Below, in pieces: positions 1-9,700 of a DNA stretch of 55,022 bases. Source of the stretch: a virus (lineage: Duplodnaviria > Caudoviricetes). How positions within the stretch are numbered: the first letter of the stretch is position 1; each line of letters begins with the position of its first letter. The notes beneath the pieces were generated by a model. That model was not told the origin of the DNA. It saw only the letters and a program-made list of their open reading frames with translations, and ran no database searches. The translations under genes were made by a program, and so were the position numbers. The stretch lies in the IMG/VR virus record IMGVR_UViG_3300021335_000020, positions 1 through 55,022 of that record. One strand, written 5' to 3'.

Positions 1-1
1 T

Positions 2-73
2 TCATCAGTTACTCTTAACATTATCGATTCATCAGGGACGACAGTTAAAACGTTACGCGGTCCAGGGAGTTAA
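2..73 (+). CDS. 3' end of an upstream gene, probably a virion protein (partial)
   Basis: Open frame SSVTLNIIDSSGTTVKTLRGPGS* from base 2 to TAA at 71-73, 3 nt before the next ATG. Confidence 0.6.
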   Translation, partial: SSVTLNIIDSSGTTVKTLRGPGS

Positions 74-76
74 TCC

Positions 77-1054
77 ATGGCAGTGAGAACTCCAGTATAT
101 TATGATGGTACTGACATTCGTGAAGTATCTTCATCCGATATAACTAAAATAAAAAATAGATGTGTATATTTATGGGGTGGTTCTCGCTCTGTAAACTTAT
201 CTGTAGTCGGATCCTCTGGCAATTTGCGCAGAATGGTTGATCATAGAGACACGGCAAGTGGCGTCACTAATCATGTATCTTCATTTCAAAATCCAGGCGG
301 CACAACTGACAGAGGCGCATCCACAACATATGATAGAATTAATCAGTCAACTGCAGATGGAGGAGCAGGCGATCCTGGAGACGCAAATAATAGAAAATAT
401 CCATTATTTCTAAATAGTGGCAATTTGCAAGCCATGTCAAAACAGGATATGCTTGATACATTTATTAGTCCCGCTATTGATATCTTAGTTGATGGAAATG
501 ATAGAGATGGAACTTATAGAATCCATACGGGTACATCATTAGGTAGCCATACGCTAATTAGCAGCACACCAGTTTTTATCGATCAAAGATTTAACACCGC
601 CTTTCATGGCTTAGGAGCAGGTGGGTCAAAGACTGCTGAATTATTACCAGCTTCTACTGATCAACCTACGACAATTACAAATTATTATTTACACAGAACC
701 AATCAAGGAGTTTATGACGGTACTCCTACATTTAATATACCGCTTTTTCTTAGAACAGATGATGATATTCAAACATACACGCAGTCTGCAATCGATTCTA
801 TATTATCTGACTTAATTGATTGGGCCACTTCCAGTCAAACTGGTTATAGAATTAGATATGAGGTACAGGGTTCAGGAGTTGACGGTGCATCATACGCTGG
901 TAATCAAAGAGGAAGTGCTATGACAGATACTACGTTAAATAGCTCTGCCGTTGTAAATGATCAGGACGGCGGTGACACGTATCGTTCACAAAGATTTCCT
1001 GCTGGTGGTTCAGAGACCGAAACAACCTACACTTTAAAAATTCGGAAAGAATAA
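77..1054 (+). CDS. Putative virion structural protein (325 aa)
   Basis: Long ORF rich in G/S/T/D, with an internally repeated (T/Y)P(V/L)(Y/F)...(D/N)(I/L)(R/Q) motif; structural gene context. Confidence 0.6.
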   Translation: MAVRTPVYYDGTDIREVSSSDITKIKNRCVYLWGGSRSVNLSVVGSSGNLRRMVDHRDTASGVTNHVSSFQNPGGTTDRGASTTYDRINQSTADGGAGDPGDANNRKYPLFLNSGNLQAMSKQDMLDTFISPAIDILVDGNDRDGTYRIHTGTSLGSHTLISSTPVFIDQRFNTAFHGLGAGGSKTAELLPASTDQPTTITNYYLHRTNQGVYDGTPTFNIPLFLRTDDDIQTYTQSAIDSILSDLIDWATSSQTGYRIRYEVQGSGVDGASYAGNQRGSAMTDTTLNSSAVVNDQDGGDTYRSQRFPAGGSETETTYTLKIRKE

Positions 1055-1055
1055 A

Positions 1056-1544
1056 ATGATTAATCATACATTTGTAAATGCTAGATTTATTGATACTAAA
1101 CATATAGTGTGCGAAGTACTATGGAGGGATAATGATGACGATACAATCATTAGATCAGAAAATGTATTGCGCGAAGATGGAAATACTTTATGGGAAAATC
1201 TTTTAAAAGAAACTACTTTAGAGCAAATCCTTCGTAATACCTTTGATTATAATAAAGGTGAAGAAGAAGCCTTTAAAAAAATGGTCAAAGAAATGTATCC
1301 TCCTGAGGTAATCATTGAAACTAATGAAAGACAAATTGAAGTAGAAAATAAATCTTTAGATTTCGAAAAGCTTTTATCAGGAGATCTTGAAGCAGAAGAA
1401 TTATTTAAACTTAAAATTCTTATGTTTGAAAATGAAAAAATTAAAACATTAAAAGATAAGAGCCTAAAATCAAAAATTAGAAAATCAAAGGATGCATTAG
1501 AAATTATTAATCTGTATTATAATGCCATTCAAACTTCTTCGTAA
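1056..1544 (+). CDS. Hypothetical protein (162 aa)
   Basis: Starts 1 nt after the previous stop; K/E-rich helical C-terminus; overlaps the convergent gene by 38 nt. Confidence 0.7.
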   Translation: MINHTFVNARFIDTKHIVCEVLWRDNDDDTIIRSENVLREDGNTLWENLLKETTLEQILRNTFDYNKGEEEAFKKMVKEMYPPEVIIETNERQIEVENKSLDFEKLLSGDLEAEELFKLKILMFENEKIKTLKDKSLKSKIRKSKDALEIINLYYNAIQTSS

Positions 1545-2391
1545 TGAAGTGAGTCATTTTTCTTTCTAAGACCAAATACTGTTCTCTTGTTTCAGTTCTA
1601 TGATCAAGAATTTGATGCCATGGCCCATTAATATTTACAGCTGGTACTTCATTCTTGGCAAGTAGATATGAGTAAATAGGTTCATTATTATAATCCATTG
1701 TTTCTTTAATATTATTTGTGTACATACTGTCCGGATCATTTTTAAAGAAAGTAATATTGTTTAGAATTTCTTCTAAGTCTTGAAAATAATTTAATTGTTG
1801 AATATGTTTTCGAGTTGCTCCAATAATTCCAGTATTGGTAATAGGAACTCTTGGGCTTATAAAATCATGACTACATAAAGCATGTGCAATAAAATATTTG
1901 TTGATCATTGAACGCAAGTATAATTTTTGATTGCTCCATCGTGCAATATACTTAAGAGCCTCTTCATGATAATCTTCTAGATGAACATGAATGCCTTTAT
2001 CTAAGTCATGAGCTTCGAAAAAGTTTTCTTCTGTTTCGAAAAGAACATCAAAGTCTACATACAAAACTTCATCATATTCCTCGGCTAACTTTTCCATTTT
2101 CCACAGTTTATAAAAATTAACGACGTGATATTCATTTTGCTCTTTACAATATGAATACATCAAGTCTCTAAACTGTTCGTAGTCTTTCCCATTAGTGTAA
2201 TGAAAGTAATCACAGCCATGTAAGTCAGCGTAATCTTTTTTATTTTCTATTAATCGTTCGCTATACTCATTCATTACTCGTTTTGTTTTAGTTGATCTAT
2301 CTTCAGGTTCCCAGGCCCAGTAAGGTCCAAGTTGTTTATCTAGTCTCTCCTCTTCTAAATCGATATGAATTGAAAAAATAACTCTTTTCAT
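1507..2391 (-). CDS. GT-A fold glycosyltransferase-like protein
   Basis: YDEVLYVDFDVLF (DxD after a hydrophobic strand), 'YADLHGCDY', 'NTGII', 'NNEPIYSY' and a C-terminal His (MTHF) match GT-A nucleotide-diphospho-sugar transferases. Confidence 0.75.
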   Translation of the reverse strand: MKRVIFSIHIDLEEERLDKQLGPYWAWEPEDRSTKTKRVMNEYSERLIENKKDYADLHGCDYFHYTNGKDYEQFRDLMYSYCKEQNEYHVVNFYKLWKMEKLAEEYDEVLYVDFDVLFETEENFFEAHDLDKGIHVHLEDYHEEALKYIARWSNQKLYLRSMINKYFIAHALCSHDFISPRVPITNTGIIGATRKHIQQLNYFQDLEEILNNITFFKNDPDSMYTNNIKETMDYNNEPIYSYLLAKNEVPAVNINGPWHQILDHRTETREQYLVLERKMTHFITKKFEWHYNTD

Positions 2392-3002
2392 TTACCAATC
2401 ACCATGAATCTTTGAAAGTTATGATTGTTAATCGCTCCACTATACGCAACCCAATCTAAATTTAAATAATGAATCATATGTTCAGTATGATAAGAACAAT
2501 TAATATGTGTAGGATGATCAAAGTAATTATTGCTTTGTAGACATACCCAAGCATCTGGATTTTTATTTCGTACTAAATCAATCCAATATTGTTTTTCAAT
2601 ATGTTCTACAGAAGTTGATACGATTACATTATAAGATGAAATGTCTAGATCTTCTGCTTTTGTGGTTATAAATTGTGCGTCAATATCTGGAAATAATTTC
2701 CAAGCAATATTTTGACATTCTGGATCCATATCAATAGAGGTAATATTCATACCAGCATCTGGAAATTTTTTTCGTAAATAATATGCCATTAGCCCATACC
2801 AACCGCCAATTATCAGAATATTTCCAGCATCATGTCCATATAATTTACTTAATTCATATGCTAACCATTTTTTAGATTCAGTTTGATTTTTACTTAATGA
2901 ATGTATGATATCTTTAATACGAAACATATCTGCACCTTCGTACATTGCATTATCATATATTTCTTCAATTAAATAAAGAGCATTATGTAAAGTTTGTTCC
3001 AT
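2388..3002 (-). CDS. Class I SAM-dependent methyltransferase
   Basis: Motif I 'ILIIGGWYG', acidic motif II 'ITSIDMD', and 'VIVSTSVEH'. Confidence 0.8.
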   Translation of the reverse strand: MEQTLHNALYLIEEIYDNAMYEGADMFRIKDIIHSLSKNQTESKKWLAYELSKLYGHDAGNILIIGGWYGLMAYYLRKKFPDAGMNITSIDMDPECQNIAWKLFPDIDAQFITTKAEDLDISSYNVIVSTSVEHIEKQYWIDLVRNKNPDAWVCLQSNNYFDHPTHINCSYHTEHMIHYLNLDWVAYSGAINNHNFQRFMVIGK

Positions 3003-3555
3003 CTAGTTCCTCATATGTCGTAACTGGTTGATCGTTATATTCTCCATATTTTTTAGAATGAATTAGATCATGATCAAAGGTATTATAATCAAATCCTTCA
3101 TGAATCATAAATCTGTCTATACCTTTATATTTTCTCATAAAGTAATCCGGATTAGTAGCAAAATGTTCCCATATATGCTTTTGTTCTTGACCTGTCCAAG
3201 TCATAACTTGACTATTGATTCGAACATCATAATTATGATTGATGGGTGTATCTTTCTTCCATGGGCAATCTACAAGAGTTAATCCATCCCACTTAAGATA
3301 AGGTAAAGGATTGTTATTAATTCGAGTATCGAGATCGAAATATAAATTTTGACCAGGCAAATCTAATTGAAATAACCATAATTTATTCCACCATACTTTC
3401 AAATTAGGACCACATGGAATTATATTACATAATACGTTCGGTTTATCTGTAATACAATAAAAATTAGCATCAATATAAAGTTTTAATTTTTCAATTAAAT
3501 ATGTGACGTGATTAGCATTGTACTTATCGCCATGTTTTACAAATAATACGTTCAT
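2983..3555 (-). CDS. Small GT-A glycosyltransferase-like protein
   Basis: 'VKHGDKY', 'FYCITD', 'WWNKLWLF', 'LYFDLD' (DxD), 'INSQVM', 'GIDRF': GT8-like pattern. Confidence 0.75.
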   Translation of the reverse strand: MNVLFVKHGDKYNANHVTYLIEKLKLYIDANFYCITDKPNVLCNIIPCGPNLKVWWNKLWLFQLDLPGQNLYFDLDTRINNNPLPYLKWDGLTLVDCPWKKDTPINHNYDVRINSQVMTWTGQEQKHIWEHFATNPDYFMRKYKGIDRFMIHEGFDYNTFDHDLIHSKKYGEYNDQPVTTYEELDGTNFT

Positions 3556-4058
3556 ACGTAGTTCTCATCAAGTTTAGAAGATATTAATCTATTCATTAGC
3601 CATCCTTCAACTCCTAATGTAGTAATCATATGCATCGGCCAATCAAATCTAAGAGAATCTACGTCAATAACATAATAATCGTGGGTAGATGTCATTAAAA
3701 TATTTTCAGTAGATAAATCATGATGTAACATTGCAAAGCCTTTTTTTGCTGAAAAGTTTGCCATGAAGTATTTTATTTCCTGTAAAACTCTTAAACAATC
3801 TAAAAAGCTTTGCTCATTGAAAGATGCAGTATAAAATTGTCTCATAGATCTACCAGGAACTTTTTCCATTACTATTGATTCGTGTGCAGTAAAATCATAT
3901 ATTTTTGGTAATATGTGGTATTCATTATTAAATTCTGTATAGTTTTGTAGCCAATTGCTATTTAAAAACCTTAACCAAATTTTTGAGTGTTTAATAATTT
4001 TATTTCCATCTTCGTAAATTTCGGCATACTCTGTTTCTCTAATTAAGTTCATTTTCAA
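3552..4058 (-). CDS. Small protein-kinase-like fold kinase (sugar, small-molecule or protein substrate)
   Basis: 'IIK' lysine, hinge 'IVMEKVPG', catalytic loop HHDLSTEN (HxDxxxxN), metal-binding 'VIDVD'. Confidence 0.75.
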   Translation of the reverse strand: MKMNLIRETEYAEIYEDGNKIIKHSKIWLRFLNSNWLQNYTEFNNEYHILPKIYDFTAHESIVMEKVPGRSMRQFYTASFNEQSFLDCLRVLQEIKYFMANFSAKKGFAMLHHDLSTENILMTSTHDYYVIDVDSLRFDWPMHMITTLGVEGWLMNRLISSKLDENYV

Positions 4059-5172
4059 GTGCTCTTATACATTTATTGATTGATTTAAAATTTTGCTTAT
4101 GATACGAATATAAACTATCGTTTACAATTTTAGATTTTATTTGTAATAGCTTTTCACATATTCCTAATATTTCTAATTGAGAAAGTGTATGTAATCCCCA
4201 ATCTTTTGTATGTTCTCTGCCGTTTCTATCATAAGTATTGATAAAAAATTCTACATTTTTTCTATGAGCATATTCGAATAATTGGTAAATGTTACTAGCA
4301 TTAATTGACATAAATGTTGAATTAAGAGTTACATTCTTATTTCCTAGCTTATCAATAAACTTTTCTACATTAGAATATGTTTCTTCCCAAACACCGCCAA
4401 CACGAATTTTTTCATATTCTTCTGGAACAATTGTATCTACCGAAATAGACAATCTTAAGTTATTATTCTTACAAACTTTTTCTACTTTCTTATTAAGAAT
4501 TGATCCGTTTGTGCAAACCATTATACTTAATTCAGGATTAATTTTTGCAATCTTATCACACAATTTATAAAAAAACTTATGAGCAAACGGTTCACCTCCA
4601 GTAAACCTTATTTCATTTAAATGTGGAATAAACTCTTCAAACTCAAGTAAAAGTTGATTTGCGTTTTCTTCTTCGTCAAATATATTAGGAGCATATTTCT
4701 TTAGAAATTTATCTCTTCCTAGCATATGTTTTGAAGACAATTCTCCCAGACACATAGGGCATGCAAAATTGCAAAGATTAGAAATTTCAAATTCAAATAT
4801 AAGAGGATAACTATTTTCTTCTAGTGCATGTCTTAGCCTCTCATTACCAGTATTTCTATCGTAATCAAGTATAGGAGGTTGCATTTTATTTTTAATTCTA
4901 GTCTTACATAATCTTGTACACCCAAAATGAAAATCAGAATTTAAAAATGCTTCTTGATACTCGTTATTTAGTTTACCAAACCAATAATCTTTTAGACTAA
5001 ACTCACCTTTTTTCCATTGTTGTTGTCTAGTCGAAAAACAACAAGGAGACATGTACCCATCTCTTCGTATTCTCATATGATTAAATGCAGCATAGCATGT
5101 AATAAACTTATGAGATTCAGGTATTGTTCTATTAGATTGAAACCAATCCCAATTATCCATTTTTATACTCAT
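4039..5172 (-). CDS. Radical SAM enzyme with N-terminal twitch/SPASM-like Fe-S domain
   Basis: CNFACPMC (CxxxCxxC), GGEP, TNG; N-terminal C...DG...PCC...CTRLC cysteine set. Confidence 0.9.
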   Translation of the reverse strand: MSIKMDNWDWFQSNRTIPESHKFITCYAAFNHMRIRRDGYMSPCCFSTRQQQWKKGEFSLKDYWFGKLNNEYQEAFLNSDFHFGCTRLCKTRIKNKMQPPILDYDRNTGNERLRHALEENSYPLIFEFEISNLCNFACPMCLGELSSKHMLGRDKFLKKYAPNIFDEEENANQLLLEFEEFIPHLNEIRFTGGEPFAHKFFYKLCDKIAKINPELSIMVCTNGSILNKKVEKVCKNNNLRLSISVDTIVPEEYEKIRVGGVWEETYSNVEKFIDKLGNKNVTLNSTFMSINASNIYQLFEYAHRKNVEFFINTYDRNGREHTKDWGLHTLSQLEILGICEKLLQIKSKIVNDSLYSYHKQNFKSINKCIRALENELN

Positions 5173-6358
5173 TTAAATATGGTGCCATTTCAAAAATATC
5201 TTCGTCATTAAATCTACTAATCAAACAAAAGTCAATCCATTGCATCATTCTATTTCTAATCTCTTCATTGCCTTCCCATTTATCAATAGTTGGTTTGACG
5301 CTTAAAAGATTATTGACTCCACTTACATGTAAATCGTTACTTCTGTAATATGTATCGTTTATTTTATCATACTTTTCTAAATAAGTAAACACTTTTTTTA
5401 GACCTTCTTCAATATGATGCTCGTGCAAATAAAGAGGTGAACAATATTTTGGAAAGGTTACTAAATTTGCCATGCTAATACGATCAACTCCAGGAATTTT
5501 TTTCCAGTAATCTATCAACTCAGCAATATTCATCCAATTGTATATCGATATAGTAGATACAACAACAACTTTCCGTCCTTCTTTTGCATGATATCTGTTT
5601 ATGTTATTAACAGTCTTTTCGAAGTTGCCTCCTCTAATCCAATTATATAAATCTCCAACACCATCAATACTTGCTTGCACATGAACTTCTTTTATTTTAT
5701 GTAAAAGTTCAATTACATAATCTGTTACTAATTGAAAGTTAGTGCATATCTCTATTCTACATTGAGGATTCGTATTTGCAATCTTCTCTAAAATTTTAAT
5801 ATTATTTGGATCTGCAAATGGCTCACCACCTTTAATTGTTAAGTGCTGAAGATATGGCACAATATCTAAAACCTTATCAACATCTTTATCTGTCATTTTG
5901 TAGATATCTGTATGGAATTTATGATTTTCATTTCTCCATTCTAGTCCAACATCAACCGCCATTTTTTCATATGGTGCCCACTTTGAAGAGTATTTTCCGG
6001 AGCAAGTTACACACATTTGGTTACAAATGTTACTAGTTGTTATTTCTAGAAATCTAATAGGAATAATATCTGAATTAATATCTTCTTCGTAATTAGGAAA
6101 GTTAAATCTGTTATATGAATCAAATCTTGCAATTCGTCCAGCTTTAAAATGATCAACACAAACCTGACATTGTTTAGGCATGTCTTGTTTATTAAATCTT
6201 TCACGCATTACATTGTAAATGTCAGAATTAAAAAAAGTTGTAAGGTTGTTGATATTACTTATATGTTCTAGAGCAACATTGTCTCCAGCACAGCACAATA
6301 CGATTTCGCCAATTGGATTAATTGTTAATCCTGTTTCTGGTACTAAACATTTCATCAT
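5153..6358 (-). CDS. Radical SAM enzyme with N-terminal twitch/SPASM-like Fe-S domain
   Basis: CNQMCVTC, KGGEP, 'SIDG...YNWIRGG'; N-terminal C...G...LCC...CQVC. Confidence 0.9.
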   Translation of the reverse strand: MMKCLVPETGLTINPIGEIVLCCAGDNVALEHISNINNLTTFFNSDIYNVMRERFNKQDMPKQCQVCVDHFKAGRIARFDSYNRFNFPNYEEDINSDIIPIRFLEITTSNICNQMCVTCSGKYSSKWAPYEKMAVDVGLEWRNENHKFHTDIYKMTDKDVDKVLDIVPYLQHLTIKGGEPFADPNNIKILEKIANTNPQCRIEICTNFQLVTDYVIELLHKIKEVHVQASIDGVGDLYNWIRGGNFEKTVNNINRYHAKEGRKVVVVSTISIYNWMNIAELIDYWKKIPGVDRISMANLVTFPKYCSPLYLHEHHIEEGLKKVFTYLEKYDKINDTYYRSNDLHVSGVNNLLSVKPTIDKWEGNEEIRNRMMQWIDFCLISRFNDEDIFEMAPYLNEYKNG

Positions 6359-6367
6359 ACTACTATG

Positions 6368-6399
6368 TATAAATAGCTACAACAGACTTTTTATAAATA
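6368..6399 (+). promoter_or_regulatory. Two tandem T4-type late promoters
   Basis: TATAAATA at 6368-6375 and 6392-6399, upstream of the fibre gene block; gp55 is encoded in the window. Confidence 0.8.
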
Positions 6400-6428
6400 C
6401 AGTAAAGTTTTACTAACAGGTTTATTTC

Positions 6429-6779
6429 ATGGCTAGATACGAAGAACTCACAATAGACAAGGGCTCAGACGTCGCCTTCGAACTTCATCTCAACAATGAT
6501 GATGGAAGCGTTAAAGACTTGTCCGGCTATAGTGGCTCAGCAAAAATGAAGAAGAGCTTTAATAGTGATAGCGACAATACTTATGCTTTTACTGCTGTCA
6601 TCGCCGACCCTGCCACACAAGGTATACTCACTTTAACTATGACTAATACTCTTACCGACACAATTAAAGCTGGTCGTTATGTATTCGATACCGAAATTTC
6701 TTTTAATGATAGTGATGGAAATGCTATTGTAGAAAGAATTCTCGAAGGACGAATTCACGTTACTCCATCTGTAACTTAA
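6429..6779 (+). CDS. Small virion protein (beta-sandwich adaptor type)
   Basis: 'LTIDKGSD...DLSGY...AKMKKS...GRYVFD...RILEGRIHVTPSVT', a pattern I recognise from small structural proteins of aquatic T4-like phages. Confidence 0.7.
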   Translation: MARYEELTIDKGSDVAFELHLNNDDGSVKDLSGYSGSAKMKKSFNSDSDNTYAFTAVIADPATQGILTLTMTNTLTDTIKAGRYVFDTEISFNDSDGNAIVERILEGRIHVTPSVT

Positions 6780-6790
6780 TAGGATAAAAA

Positions 6791-9700
6791 ATGGCTAGAA
6801 AAACCGTTATTAAAAAAATTGTTGTCGGACGTCCTATTAAAAGCGTTGATGCTACGTCTGTTGGCAATGCTAGCCAGTTAGCTAGTAATCCTCCATCATA
6901 CTATTTAGACTATACAAATTTTACTAATACACCAAACGTATTAGACTCTGCCGCAATTAACCAATTAATCGCGGCCGGTGGCGTAGATTCTTCAGAAATT
7001 CAAGCTATTATTGATTCTAACTATATCAATAATCTTTTAGACACCACTAAATTTCTTGATTCCGCAGAAGCAATTGCGTTAATAGATTCAGATTATATCC
7101 TTGCACGCGCATCTAATATTCAAAATCTAAGAGATAGTGGTGGAGATACAGTCTTTACCGGTAACTTAGTTCCGGTCACCGATAGCGGGTCATCATTAGG
7201 TACAGCGGATAAGAGATTTAAAGATCTATATCTATCTGGTACCACGCTTTACATTGGTGATGCGGCAATTGGTACTGATAATAACGTTGTTAAAGTATTT
7301 TCATTAGATGCAAGTGGAGCAATACAGTCTACTTTAGGTAAAATAGCTTTATTAGATTCCTCAGTATCCTCTAGTAATATATTTGACTTTGTTGACTCGG
7401 CCTACGTTAATGCAAGATTAGATACAACCCTATTCCTCGATTCAGCTGAAACTATATCACTTGTTGATTCTGATTATGTAGCCGCAAGAACATTTACACA
7501 ATCAGATATTGAAGCGTTTGCTCGGTCAGTATCTCTTGACTCTGCAGAAACTATTGCATTAATCGATTCAGCGTATGTAAATGCTAGACTCGACACGACT
7601 GCCTTTTTAGATTCGGCTGAAACTGTAGCACTAATTGATTCCGCATATGTAGCAGCAAGAACTTGGACACAAGCTCAGATTGAACAGTTTGCAAGTAACA
7701 TATTACTTGATTCTGCCGAAGCTGCTCGCTTAATAGACTCTGCCGTTAATGGTGTAATTGATGGAGCTCCTGGTGCACTCGATACTCTGAATGAGTTAGC
7801 AGCCGCACTTAACGATGACTCAAACGCCTTTAATACTCTAAACAATCTGATTGCTACTAAATTAACTGCTGCAGACTTTGATACACGATTTGATAGTGCA
7901 TTAGGTACTAAAACAACTGACAATGTAACTGAAGGATCTAATCTCTATTATACAGATACTCGTGTAAGCACACTTATCGATTCTGCGTACATTACAGCAC
8001 GAGCTTCTACTTTTGATTCTGCTGACGCAATTAATTTAATTGATTCAGATTATATTATAGCTAGACAATCTCCTGGCACAGATTCTGCACAAGTTGAAGC
8101 TATTGCAGCTGCTCTTATTGATTCTGATTATGTTGCAGCAAGACAAGCAGCAGGGGTTCTTAAGTTAGGTAATGTCACTGATGGCGCATTGACAGATGGT
8201 GCTATTCAAACATTAACATCTGATACAAAGATTGTAGATGCTATTGATGAATTAAATGAAGCAATGTTGAATGTGAGTAATAACACATTTGTGAGAGGTA
8301 ATACATTTGTAGGATCTCCTCTCGCTGGCGGTGAAGGTTTAAGTGTAACACTCAATATTACTGTAGATGGAAATGCTAATAGATTTGATGTTGATTGGGG
8401 AGATGGTAACCAAGACAATAATATTACAGACAGCACTCCTACTCATACATATTCATCTAATACTGGATCACCGTTTACAGTTACAGTAAGAGCATATAAT
8501 ACTAGTGGTTCTGGATCAGGGTCAGAAGCTACATTTGAAAGAACCGGGTATATTATTATTTACACAGCAGATCCGGTAGCAAATTATAATGTGTATGCGG
8601 CTTCAGCTGGTGGTTCACCTATCACATTCTGGCAAGATGGCGATACTGTATACTTTGAAAATAATACAACTAACACAACTATGGCAGATGTTACGTATCG
8701 TTGGATATGGGGTGATGGGTCACAAGATATTATCGATAGCGACAATGCGGCTGGTGGTGTAACTGGTCCAAGAATTGCGCATACATTTCCAGTATCAACA
8801 AATACAGATGTTCAACGAACAACTCAGTTAGAATTAACTGCACATACAACTGCAGATCCTACTGTTATTTCTGGTGGCGTCGACAAAAGTGATACCTTTG
8901 AAATTTATGATTCTTATAATGTTTCATATATTGTAGATGCATTAAGAAAAGTAAATAATTCTAGTACCTTTACCTTTACAGTTGAAAATACTGGACTAAC
9001 AGGAGTCGGTTCATATTCTACATATAACAACCAAATAAGACATAACTTTATTGGCGGTTCACAAACTATTAATGCAGGATCAAATGCAAGTGGTGATATT
9101 GGTCAGTCAATTAATAAAACATATAATCTTACTTCTACTCAGCAAACTAATGGAACTTCGGCATCGTTTAATAATAGTGCAGATTTAATTAGTAGACATG
9201 CAAATAGTCCGTTTTCGTCTAATACTCTAACTGTTACAGTTGAGCCTGAACTTATTTCTAGTATTTCTTTGTTAGCTGATACTGTAAGTGATGGTAGTAA
9301 TGACAATAATACTACATTATATAATTTTACAGATTTACTTGGAAGAGATAGAAGAGCAATTTCTGCTACTTTAGATATTGAAAATGGATCAGGTACTAAT
9401 TCAATTAATTTTGCCGGTGATCAAACGTTTACGAATGTAGCAGATGGTGCTACACAAAGTCATGCTGCTGGTACATGGTCGACCGGAACAAATACGGTAA
9501 CCGTCAGTTCAACATCTACGCCTGATACTATTTCACAATCAGATACGGCATCGGCAACATTTACTGTAAAAGCTGTTCCTACTGCACCAACTAAAATTAA
9601 TACTAAATCATTATCGATTGCAACATCACATACTGGTACGTTCCCACGATTATGTTATAACTATACTAGTAACGGCGGTCAAACTAATTTAACTGGCCAG

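Noticed and set aside
2983-5172. Three gene overlaps of exactly 20 nt in the minus-strand cassette
   Set aside because: Two depend on choosing the first of several nearby Met codons; probably coincidence.
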